A stretch of 64,000 nucleotides of DNA from Rhodothermales bacterium (GTDB taxonomy: Bacteria; Bacteroidota; Rhodothermia; Rhodothermales; JABDKH01). Below, in pieces: positions 8,526-17,900 of the stretch (position 1 is the stretch's first letter; the number at the start of each line of letters is the position of its first letter). The translations under genes were made by a program, and so were the position numbers. The stretch covers positions 5,142-69,141 of the forward strand of contig JABDKO010000227.1 of NCBI GenBank assembly GCA_013002165.1, given 5' to 3'. Below the pieces are notes generated by a model. It saw only the letters and a program-made list of their open reading frames with translations, had not been told where the DNA came from and made no database searches.

Positions 8526-10652
8526 GTGTCAACCATAGACTACAGAATAAACATAGGATTGCTGGTTGCCGGAGTCTTGCTCTCGGCGCTTGCTTTTTCA
8601 GGCTGGTTCTCCGCTGGCAGCGGATTTGACCCGGTCGATAAGCCACAAATTATTCTGCCTGTCGAGGTTCTGGGTTCGACCGGTCTAACACGAGTCGTCG
8701 AGGTGGTCGTGGACGAAGCCGCCGACATTGATCGACTATACCTGCAAGTCCATTCCCCCGGCTACAAATATGGAGCGGGGGACAAGGTTAGTGTGCAGGT
8801 CAACAGCTCACCATGGATCGACATATCCAACAAGACTGTGACCTGCTATTATCCAGAGTCACACTACGAATGCGTTGGCGGAGCATTCGCAACTGTCCGA
8901 TTTACAATTCCGGCGAAGGATGTCTCACGGGGACTGAATACGGTGCGATTTCGGTTTAACGGAACCGACGGGATCACCTCGGGATTCCGCGTGCTTGATT
9001 TCAATTTCCTTCGGTCCGATGGCTCACCGGTGCTTCCTCCCGAGATGTTTGCATACGAAGACCCTGCTGGTTGGCAACCACCATCGAACAGAGAGGAAGA
9101 CATTGCTGCCGGTCGACGACTGTGGCATGAAGCCGTTCTTGCCGACAATCCATTGAACGAAAACCATACTATTCGTGCCGCGTGTTCTGATTGTCATGCG
9201 ACGTCTGGAATGGACTTGAAGTATTTCGGCTATTCGAACGAGTCTATCATAGCACGCAGTGTTTTTCATGCCTTGTCCGAGGAAGAGGGAGAGCAGATTG
9301 CGAGCTACATTCGAACGCTTCCCGGTAAATCGTACGGCACGCCGTGGGACCCTCCGTATCAACCGGGACCCGGGATCGATTCACGGCCGGCGAGTGCCTG
9401 GGCTGCCGGGGCTGGACTTGAGGCCGTTCTCGAGCACGATTCTGATGCAATACCGTACATGTTTCCCAACGGCATTCGATGGCAAGAGATAGCAGCCGAC
9501 AGTACGATCAATATCCGTGAGATCCCGATTGCAATTCAATTGCCTGATTGGAATGAGTGGCTTCCGCGGGTTCATCCAGTCGATGCGTGGGGAGATGCCT
9601 TCGCCCGATCTGCGACTGCCACCGGGTACGAGCAGACCGTCCAGCCACTAATTGATGGAAATGCCAGCACACAGCAGGCGCTGCGATCGCTCGAGCGCTG
9701 GAACAGGAGTTTTCGAAGAGATCGGTCAGACGGACTTAACGAGGATGCATTTGGTGGATACGATTCGGATGGGGTGGTTGCTGATTATACTCTCGGCTTG
9801 CATCAGTGGCAGGCCGTTAAAACGTTCGAAGTAATGGTCGGCGGGTCATATCAGGATAAGGCCTACGAAGTCTACGGCGATGATGCGGAGCCGCTATCGT
9901 GGTTCGGCAACTCTCGTTCACTTTTTGACGTCGGCCCCCATATTTCCGGTCCGGTCCAGGTAAGTCCATACCCGCACGGATCGCCGCTCCAGAATATTTT
10001 CATGACCACGGCATGGTACGAACTTCAACTCATAGTTAATTCCGGCAACCGCCATGGATTGTCGATTCGCCCGATGGACTGGAAGTATCATTACGGGCAT
10101 ATCGCGGATATTTCAAAGTGGTCAGGCATCGATGAACCCGTCCGGTATCTCAAATCGTACGTCAAGAACATGCAGGAGGCCACAAACAGTCGATGCGGTC
10201 CCGGCTCCGACTGCGGCTTTTATTTCAGGCACCTTACGCCGGCAAGGCTCGTGGTTTCCCAATCGGAGGTTGCACAGAAAGGTGCGGGCCGATCAGCTCG
10301 TGGACGGCAGCGTGATGCAGGCGGTTCCGACAAGAATCTTTTCGACACCCTTCCGGTCGATGTCAAGACCCAATTGATTGAAGCAGTCCTTCGCGTACAC
10401 GTTAAGGAGCTGTTGAGGTATCCGACCTCGGCCTGGCCCCGAGGTGATGATCGTCAGGCACTGCCTGGTCAGGAAACTATTCCGACTCTCCAATCCGGCA
10501 GAAAACAATTCGACATGACGTCTTATGCAGATCATTACTACCGGTCAATACCAATTTTCAAAAATATTGGGGTCTCTCCAACTTTAATTGACTCGTTATC
10601 TGGCTGGGGTCAGACCATGTGGCCAGAAGCGGACTGGCAGTTCAAAAATTAG
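8526..10652 (+). CDS. Exported or membrane-anchored protein of unknown function with a single CxxCH motif (paralog A)
   Basis: It has a GTG start and an N-terminal hydrophobic anchor (INIGLLVAGVLLSALAF). It aligns by eye along its full length with the N-terminal ~690 aa of the next gene. Confidence 0.75.
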   Translation: MSTIDYRINIGLLVAGVLLSALAFSGWFSAGSGFDPVDKPQIILPVEVLGSTGLTRVVEVVVDEAADIDRLYLQVHSPGYKYGAGDKVSVQVNSSPWIDISNKTVTCYYPESHYECVGGAFATVRFTIPAKDVSRGLNTVRFRFNGTDGITSGFRVLDFNFLRSDGSPVLPPEMFAYEDPAGWQPPSNREEDIAAGRRLWHEAVLADNPLNENHTIRAACSDCHATSGMDLKYFGYSNESIIARSVFHALSEEEGEQIASYIRTLPGKSYGTPWDPPYQPGPGIDSRPASAWAAGAGLEAVLEHDSDAIPYMFPNGIRWQEIAADSTINIREIPIAIQLPDWNEWLPRVHPVDAWGDAFARSATATGYEQTVQPLIDGNASTQQALRSLERWNRSFRRDRSDGLNEDAFGGYDSDGVVADYTLGLHQWQAVKTFEVMVGGSYQDKAYEVYGDDAEPLSWFGNSRSLFDVGPHISGPVQVSPYPHGSPLQNIFMTTAWYELQLIVNSGNRHGLSIRPMDWKYHYGHIADISKWSGIDEPVRYLKSYVKNMQEATNSRCGPGSDCGFYFRHLTPARLVVSQSEVAQKGAGRSARGRQRDAGGSDKNLFDTLPVDVKTQLIEAVLRVHVKELLRYPTSAWPRGDDRQALPGQETIPTLQSGRKQFDMTSYADHYYRSIPIFKNIGVSPTLIDSLSGWGQTMWPEADWQFKN
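9183..9197 (+). other. CSDCH heme-c attachment-type motif in paralog A
   Basis: The codons tgt tct gat tgt cat are in frame with the 8526 CDS. Confidence 0.6.
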
Positions 10653-11034
10653 CATTGCAGTCTCAATTCCAATTCCCTCAAGTTACCCTCGTTGTCGCCT
10701 CACTTCTCCTTCGGGTGTACACCGGAAAATCTTGACAGGATCTACACTGGATGACCGTTGTCCGTTCTTTTACCGACATCCAATTTACCTTAAGTTGTTA
10801 TTTCTAAAAGCCGATAATGCTGTCGAATCGTGTTAACAGTTAGCCCATTGTTAACTCGTCCCACAATAAGATTCGGCAGAAAGATTAACGTCATCTAGCC
10901 ACTGTAAGCGACCCAGAGACTGCCACCACAGTCTGATTGAACACCGGTTAGCATGAAGACTGGTTGATGCGGGAGACCACCCGTTATTGGCCGGGACATC
11001 TGTATGCTGGTTGAAAGCCGCGCTTACATACGAG

Positions 11035-14000
11035 ATGATTATAAAAACTACTGTATCCCACTTGTACAGATTAGCAGTTGCCGCGATCTTCGCCGGCACT
11101 TTCCTTTTGGGGCCATCCGCTCAGGCCCAGATCAAAGTTCCAATCGAGGTCATCGGACCCGACGGCTATACACAGTCGGTGAACGTAAACGTCACTTCGG
11201 CATCCGAAGTCAGCCGGCTCTGGTTGCAGGTTCACTCCCCTGGATACAAGTACGGGGAGGGAAACAAGATGAGCGTCCGGATAAACGGCGGTGCCTGGAC
11301 CGACGTTAACAACCAGATCGCTATATGCGAAGCTCCTGAATCATCGTACGAATGTATCGGTGGAGCTTTTGCTACTGTCCGATTCACAATTCCTGCGACG
11401 GGAGTCATCTCGGGGAATAACACGATCGATTTTCGTTTCAATGGGACCGAAGGGTTGACAATTGGCTACCGTGTTCTGGCGTTCAATTTTGTACGCAGTG
11501 ACAACAGCAAGATTCTGCCCGAGTCTACCTTCTATTATGACGATCCTTCCCTGTGGACCGCTCCACTGACAAGCCAGAGTGACATCGATCGCGGAAAACA
11601 ACTGTGGGAGTCAGAACCGCTTCTCGACTTCGGGAATGTATCGATTACTGCGACATGCGCAGACTGCCATGCAAAAGACGGTCGGGATTTGCAGTACTTC
11701 GCGTACTCGAATCATTCGATCATCGAACGAAGCAAGTTCCATGGAATGTCTCAGACCGAGGGCGAGCAGGTGGCAAGCTATATCCGGAATCTTGCCGTTG
11801 CCAGTCATGGAACACCGTGGGATCCGCCATATCAGCCGGGACCCGGACTTGACGATAAGCCAGCTGAGGAATGGGCCGCAGGTGCCGGGCTCGAATGGGT
11901 TCTTGAAGAAGATGAACAGATGATCCCGCACATGTTTCCCGACGGATTTTCTTCCGATCAGATCTTGACGTCAAACGATTTGAACATGAGGGAGATTCCA
12001 ATCGGTATTCAACTTCCTGATTGGAACGAATGGCTTCCACGTGTCCATCCCAAAGATGCCTGGGGCTCTGTGTTCACAACATCGTCCGTCTACACAATCT
12101 ATGCTACCAGCATCCCGAGCACACTGGCCGGCGGAGTACAGAATGCCATAAACAGTGGAAGCATCCTTTCAGTCATGGATAGTTGGGGCGCCGCAATTCG
12201 TGATGGGCGTGGATCGTCCACGTTTAACCCCGACTTTTTCGGCGGATGGGGCTCCGATGGCACCGTTGCCGACTACCAGCTCGGTTATCAGCAGTGGCAG
12301 GCCGTGAAGACGTGGGAGATCATGAACACCTACGAAGGGCTGCAGGAAGCGGCTCCTACGCTGTATCCGGGAGTCGGAGAAGCCAGATCATGGTTCGGCA
12401 ATACGCGATCCGTTTTCGACGTGGCTCCTCACATTTCCGGTCCGCCGCAAACGGGTTCATACCCACACGGCGATCCTCTGCAGAATTTCTTCATGTCGTC
12501 GGCATGGTACGAGCTCCAGCTCATTCTCAACTCGGGCAACCGCAACGGTGTCTCCATCCGGCCGCATGACTGGAAATACCATTACGGTCATATCGGTGAT
12601 ATCATGAAAGAGTCTGGCCGCCGCGAGCCGATGCGCCATCTTAAAGCATATGCTAAAAATATGCAGATGGCTGACAATCGCTATGGCGTTGGCACCGCGA
12701 ATGGCTTCTATCTCCGACACGTAACTCCGAGTCGAATGGTCGGTACCCCCGGCGCAAAGAATCCATTTGAAGACCTTGATTCGGCAACACGGAGAGCCGT
12801 AACTGAGCCGATACTTCGGGCGTTAGTGGTCAAACTGCTTGAGCACGACATCAGTGAATGGTCGCGTCAGACAGGACTGTACGGAATAGAACCGGCTTCG
12901 ACAGTTCCGACTCCCGGTAACGGATTCGATACGTCTACGTACATCGACCACTTCTACCACGCAATACCCGTATTCAATTCAATTGGTGTCGCTCCGACGC
13001 TGTTGGATTCCCTCGCTACCTGGGCAGAATCGGCATGGCCATTGGGTGACTGGCATTCGTTGTATGATTACAATCAGTCAAACAATCCGCCTTCAATTAC
13101 GCTTACGAGTCCTGCAAATGGAACGACCTATACAGAACCGGCAACCATCGCAATGTCCGCGAGTGCATCCGACATTGACGGTTCAGTAGTAAGCGTCAAG
13201 TTCTTCCAGAACGGAATTCAGATTCATGAAGATAATTCAGCTCCGTATTCCTATACGTGGTCTGGTGTTGTTCCAGGAACGTACACAATCTCGGCCCTCG
13301 CCGAGGACAATTCGAGTGCGACCGCTGTCTCCGGATCTGTTAGCGTGACCGTTAACAGTGACAACCCCGGTCCGCCACCTTCAAACAATGACCCGACAGT
13401 TGCAATTACCAGCCCTCTCGCAGGAGCGAGCTACGATGAAGGAGACAACATTGTTATAGAGGCGAACGCTTCGGATTCTGACGGATCTGTGTCCGTCGTC
13501 CAATTCTATCAGAACAACATTCTGCTCGGTCAGGATACGTCTGCTCCGTACTCGTTTACATGGTCGAATGTGCAGGAAGGCGCGTATGCGCTGTCCGCCG
13601 TAGCAACCGATAATGACGGCGCATCCACGACATCAAACTCGATAGTCGTCACGGCAGGTGATAATCCGGGTCCGCCGCCGACAATCACTGAGACACAGAC
13701 TATTGATCTGGTTGTTGGTTGGAATCAAGTCTCCACCTACGTTGCACCGCAGGTAAGCGAGATTGCTTCGATCTTCCAGCCGATTGTGTCCGATATTTTC
13801 CTTGTCAAGGATGTTGTGGGCAACTCATACCACCCGGCACTCGGAATTAATACGATCGAAAACTGGAATTCACTTGAGTCCTATCAAGTGTATGCGAATG
13901 CTGCTTCGACATTCGATGTAGAGGGAGCCGTTCTCGATCCTTCCACGACTGCAGTCCCGATCGTCGAAGGTTGGAACTACATTCCATACCTGCGCAAGAC

Positions 14001-14841
14001 GAATATGTCGATTGATGAGGCGTTGGTCAATGTTACGTCTGATGTCGTCATGGTAAAAGACTACGCTGGCCGTGTTTATTTCCCTGATTTCCAGATTAAT
14101 GAAATCGGAGATTTGGAGCCGGGCCAGGGTTACAAGCTGTTCGTAAATTCCGGTGGGACACTGACCTATCCAGCGAATGCCGCCGGTGTGGCGAGTCGAT
14201 CCAAGGAAGAGTCTGGTCAGGTTCTCGTCGGCATAGCGAGCTCGTCGCTTGTAGTCGTTGATGCCTCAAAACTTCCGGGTGCCCGCAGAGTTTTCGCGGT
14301 TCTTGAGAACGGAACCCGGATTGGTGAGGCGTGGATCTCATCGGTTACAAATCAGGCCTATGTCAAGGTAAGAGGTGACGATGACGTGACCATCGATCTC
14401 GTCGAGGGAGCACTCAACGGAGATCGAATCATTCTTGAAGCGGAGTTTGGTACGGGCGATGTCAAGCGCGTATCGGCCTCCAATATTCAAGATATCCTTG
14501 GCTCAAATACAAGAAGTGTTCTATCCCTGTCCTACAAGACTGATTCGGCGTACCTGGTTGAACTGGGCGAGATTCCAGGAGACTATGTCCTCGAACAGAA
14601 CTATCCGAATCCCTTCAACCCGTCTACAACGATTCGGTATGAGTTACCGGACGATGAGTTCGTCAAGATTGAAGTGTTCAACATGCTTGGTGAGCGTGTC
14701 GCTACACTCGTGAACGAGGAAGTCAGTGCCGGTTCGCATACTGCTACCTTCGAGGCAGACAATATATCAAGCGGCCTTTATGTCTATCGCTTGATCGCTG
14801 GAAGCTATATCGAAGACAGAGCAATGATGTTCTTGAAATAG
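11035..14841 (+). CDS. Secreted multidomain protein: CxxCH module (paralog B), two Ig-like domains, further beta-rich domains and a T9SS C-terminal sorting domain
   Basis: ATG 11035 gives the signal peptide MIIKTTVSHLYRLAVAAIFAGTFLLGPSAQAQ. The track start is TTG 10987. The C-terminus reads NYPNPFNPSTTIRYELP... Confidence 0.85.
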   Translation: MIIKTTVSHLYRLAVAAIFAGTFLLGPSAQAQIKVPIEVIGPDGYTQSVNVNVTSASEVSRLWLQVHSPGYKYGEGNKMSVRINGGAWTDVNNQIAICEAPESSYECIGGAFATVRFTIPATGVISGNNTIDFRFNGTEGLTIGYRVLAFNFVRSDNSKILPESTFYYDDPSLWTAPLTSQSDIDRGKQLWESEPLLDFGNVSITATCADCHAKDGRDLQYFAYSNHSIIERSKFHGMSQTEGEQVASYIRNLAVASHGTPWDPPYQPGPGLDDKPAEEWAAGAGLEWVLEEDEQMIPHMFPDGFSSDQILTSNDLNMREIPIGIQLPDWNEWLPRVHPKDAWGSVFTTSSVYTIYATSIPSTLAGGVQNAINSGSILSVMDSWGAAIRDGRGSSTFNPDFFGGWGSDGTVADYQLGYQQWQAVKTWEIMNTYEGLQEAAPTLYPGVGEARSWFGNTRSVFDVAPHISGPPQTGSYPHGDPLQNFFMSSAWYELQLILNSGNRNGVSIRPHDWKYHYGHIGDIMKESGRREPMRHLKAYAKNMQMADNRYGVGTANGFYLRHVTPSRMVGTPGAKNPFEDLDSATRRAVTEPILRALVVKLLEHDISEWSRQTGLYGIEPASTVPTPGNGFDTSTYIDHFYHAIPVFNSIGVAPTLLDSLATWAESAWPLGDWHSLYDYNQSNNPPSITLTSPANGTTYTEPATIAMSASASDIDGSVVSVKFFQNGIQIHEDNSAPYSYTWSGVVPGTYTISALAEDNSSATAVSGSVSVTVNSDNPGPPPSNNDPTVAITSPLAGASYDEGDNIVIEANASDSDGSVSVVQFYQNNILLGQDTSAPYSFTWSNVQEGAYALSAVATDNDGASTTSNSIVVTAGDNPGPPPTITETQTIDLVVGWNQVSTYVAPQVSEIASIFQPIVSDIFLVKDVVGNSYHPALGINTIENWNSLESYQVYANAASTFDVEGAVLDPSTTAVPIVEGWNYIPYLRKTNMSIDEALVNVTSDVVMVKDYAGRVYFPDFQINEIGDLEPGQGYKLFVNSGGTLTYPANAAGVASRSKEESGQVLVGIASSSLVVVDASKLPGARRVFAVLENGTRIGEAWISSVTNQAYVKVRGDDDVTIDLVEGALNGDRIILEAEFGTGDVKRVSASNIQDILGSNTRSVLSLSYKTDSAYLVELGEIPGDYVLEQNYPNPFNPSTTIRYELPDDEFVKIEVFNMLGERVATLVNEEVSAGSHTATFEADNISSGLYVYRLIAGSYIEDRAMMFLK
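11656..11670 (+). other. CADCH heme-c attachment-type motif in paralog B
   Basis: The codons tgc gca gac tgc cat are in frame, at the position homologous to CSDCH of paralog A. Confidence 0.6.
13081..13680 (+). repeat. Two tandem Ig-like (bacterial Ig / chitobiase-type) domain repeats, each followed by a DNPGPPP linker
   Basis: Repeat 1 is NNPPSITLTSPANGTTY...SAPYSYTWSGVVPGTYTISALAEDN. Repeat 2 is NNDPTVAITSPLAGASY...SAPYSFTWSNVQEGAYALSAVATDN. Confidence 0.75.
14584..14838 (+). other. T9SS (Por) C-terminal sorting domain
   Basis: YVLEQNYPNPFNPSTTIRYELPDDEFVKIEVFNMLGERVATLV...GLYVYRLIAGSYIEDRAMMFLK. Confidence 0.85.
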
Positions 14842-14855
14842 AGCATCGAGTCTTG

Positions 14856-14896
14856 ACAGTCCGGCGCCGGAAACGGCAAGCGGTGAGCCGGACTGT
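14856..14896 (+). terminator. Possible terminator hairpin after paralog B
   Basis: A 10-bp stem ACAGTCCGGC/GCCGGACTGT has a 21-nt loop and starts 15 nt after the stop. It is followed only by TTTCC, a weak T tract. Confidence 0.3.
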
Positions 14897-14959
14897 TTCC
14901 GCCACGGAAGCATCCCACTACAGGCGGTTTCCAAACTGCCCGTCTAACCCACCCAGAAA

Positions 14960-17900
14960 ATGGAAAGAGTACTCGGCCTAGTGGCACTTCTGTGCCTTGC
15001 TACCGGTGTAACTGGTACGGTGCAAGCCCAAACGCATTTCACCGGATGCGTTTCATCAACCGGTGAAAATGCAACGGTGCTTGTTAACGATACGATCGGG
15101 CCATCGATTGATGGTGTTGCACTGGCTAGCGGAGATGAGATTGCCGTCTTTACGACGGAAGGACTATGTGTCGGTGTTGAGGTCTGGACGGGTATCAACA
15201 TCGCACTTACCGTTTGGGGAGACAATTCCCTGACCACAGAAAAAGACGGGTTGTCTGCCAGTGAGCAGATGAATTTTGTGGTCTGGGATGCGTCCTCTCA
15301 AACGGAATTTGGAAACAGTTACGGATCCGTTGATGTGGCATACAGTTCAGTTTCGCCATATAACGGCACCGGTCTCTATGACTCGGATGCCATATACCAG
15401 TTGACTCTGCTAGCGGCCAGCACACCGCGACATCCGGTGGCCGCAGCTTCGGCAACCCCGACTTCGGGAAGCACACCGCTACTCGTCACGTTCGATGCAA
15501 GCGCGTCTTCTGATGAAGATGGATCGATTATTTCATACGCATGGGACTTCGGCGATGGCGGATCCGGGTCGGGCGTTGGCACAACCAATACCTTCATGTC
15601 TGCCGGCACCTATCCGGTTGTCTTGACCGTGACCGACGATGATGCCTACTCCTCCACAGACACGGTAACGATCGTCGTTTCGCCTGCTCCTACAAACGTG
15701 CCGCCCACAGCTTCCTTTTCCCTGACTCCTGATTCCGGCCAGGCACCTCTTACTGTCACCGTCGATGCATCAGGGAGTTCTGACTCCGATGGATCCATCG
15801 TCTCGTACACATGGACATTTGGTGATGGAAGCTCTGCGACGGGTGTCAGCGCATCCCACGAGTATAGCCAGGCAGGTACATTCAGCGTCGTGCTGACTGT
15901 TACTGACGATGATGGAGCAACGGCGTCAGAAACCCGAACAGTAAGCGTTCTGGAGCCGAACAATCAGCCGCCAGCGGCTGCCTTCTCTGCCTCCACGTCT
16001 ACGGGAGTTATTCCACTTCTCGTTACATTCGATGCCTCATCCAGTACTGATCCCGACGGGTCAATTGCTACGTACACCTGGAATTTTGGAGATGGAAGTG
16101 CGGCTACCGGTGTCTCGACATCAAAGACATATACTGTCGCAGGAAGCTACATTGTCACTCTTACCGTCACCGACGACGATGGCGCATCTTCATTAACGCA
16201 GCAGACTATACTTGCTTCGGCAGGCACCTCGAATTTGCCACCGGTAGCAGCATTCACGCTGACACCTAGTGTAGGTACGGCACCTGTCACCGTCGCAACC
16301 GACGGTAGTGCCTCAACGGATTCAGACGGAACGATTTCTTCGTACGCATGGGACTATGGTGACGGCGCTACTGGAACCGGCGTTACTGATTCGCACACCT
16401 ATTCAACGTCGGGCACGTACACAGTCACACTTACCGTCAGCGACAACAATGGTGCAACTGGAAGTTCGTCACAGACGGTAACAGTCTCGTCTCCACCCAC
16501 CGCCGGACCTCTGGTTATGCACCTGACATTCGATGAGTCGTCGGGACAAAACGCAACTGATGTTTCCACGAACGGCAATGATGGTACGTTGCAGGGCGGG
16601 GCGGAGTTTGCGACAGCTGGCATACTATCAGGAGCAGTTCTGCTGAATGGTGGCGACGCTTATGTCGATGTGGCTGACAATGCAGTGCTTAATCAGCAGA
16701 TTGTGAGTAAACGAACGATTTCCATTTGGTTCAGGGCGGATGACGTCTCTGTATCGTCTCGGAAACAGGTCATCTGGGAAGAGGGAGGTCAGCAGAAAGG
16801 CCTTTCGATCTATCTTTTCAATGGATCCCTGTACGTGGGTGGCTGGAACAAATCCACTTCCGAAAGTGGTTGGGACGGCACGTTCCTTTCGACAAGTGCC
16901 GTTCAGTCAAATACGTGGAATCATGTTGCACTTGTGCTCAATGGTGGGCCCACTGTCAGCCCGGGCGCATTGCTGGGATATCTCAATGGGGCTTCCATCG
17001 GAAACGGTACCGCTTCCCAGGTCTGGTCTCACAATGATGACATTGGCATCGGGCGCGTAGATGGCGATACCTGGTTTCATGACGCTACCAATAAGAGCGG
17101 ACAAACACACGGATTCTCTGGGTATATCGATGATGTTCGCGTCTATAACCAGGTACTGACGCAGCCTGAGATCAACGATCTGGCGAATGGCGGCGGGGCA
17201 TCACAGAATCTGCCTCCGAACGCCGTGATTGATGTCGATCAGCAGAGCGGACCTGCGCCACTCCAGGTAAATTTTTCGGCAACGCGTTCTTCCGATAACG
17301 ATGGCAGCATTCAAAGTTACTCGTGGACTCTGGGTAATGGTGAATTCGGAACGGGCCCGACAGTGGCGGCATCGTATACGACGGCCGGGACGTACTCCGT
17401 GACTCTCACAGTGATTGACAACGATGGTGCAACATCCTCCGCGAATGCGACGATTACAGTCGAGCAAACCGTTGGAAATGCACCCCCTCGAGCAGAGATA
17501 GTCGAAACTCTGGGTCGGCGAAACTCCATGTCGATTTCGCTGAACGGAGAGTCATCTTCCGATCCCGACGGGTCGATTGTTCACTACGACTGGGACTTTG
17601 GTGATGGGGCTACAAGCACGGGGCCGTCCGCAACGCATGAGTACTCATCACCCGGATCGTTTCAGGTAATTCTTACCGTGACGGATGACGTGGGACTACA
17701 GGGATCATCAACTTTCTGGGTTTCCGTCTACGATCTGCTTCCAGAAGGAACCGGAAGCAGCCTCGTGGGAGCCGGACAGGGTCAGGACCCGGGCTTTGCC
17801 AGCTACGACGGAGAGACACTGACGCTGCGATCGTCGGCCGCAGTTCCTTCAGCATCTTCCGATGTGTTTCGATTTGTTCATGAGACGGTATCTGGTGACG

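Noticed and set aside
15434-17730. The periodic sequence in the PKD region was considered as a DNA tandem repeat or CRISPR-like array.
   Set aside because: The periodicity is about 265 nt at protein-domain level, inside one continuous reading frame. The units are strongly diverged at nucleotide level, and there is no repeat-spacer structure.
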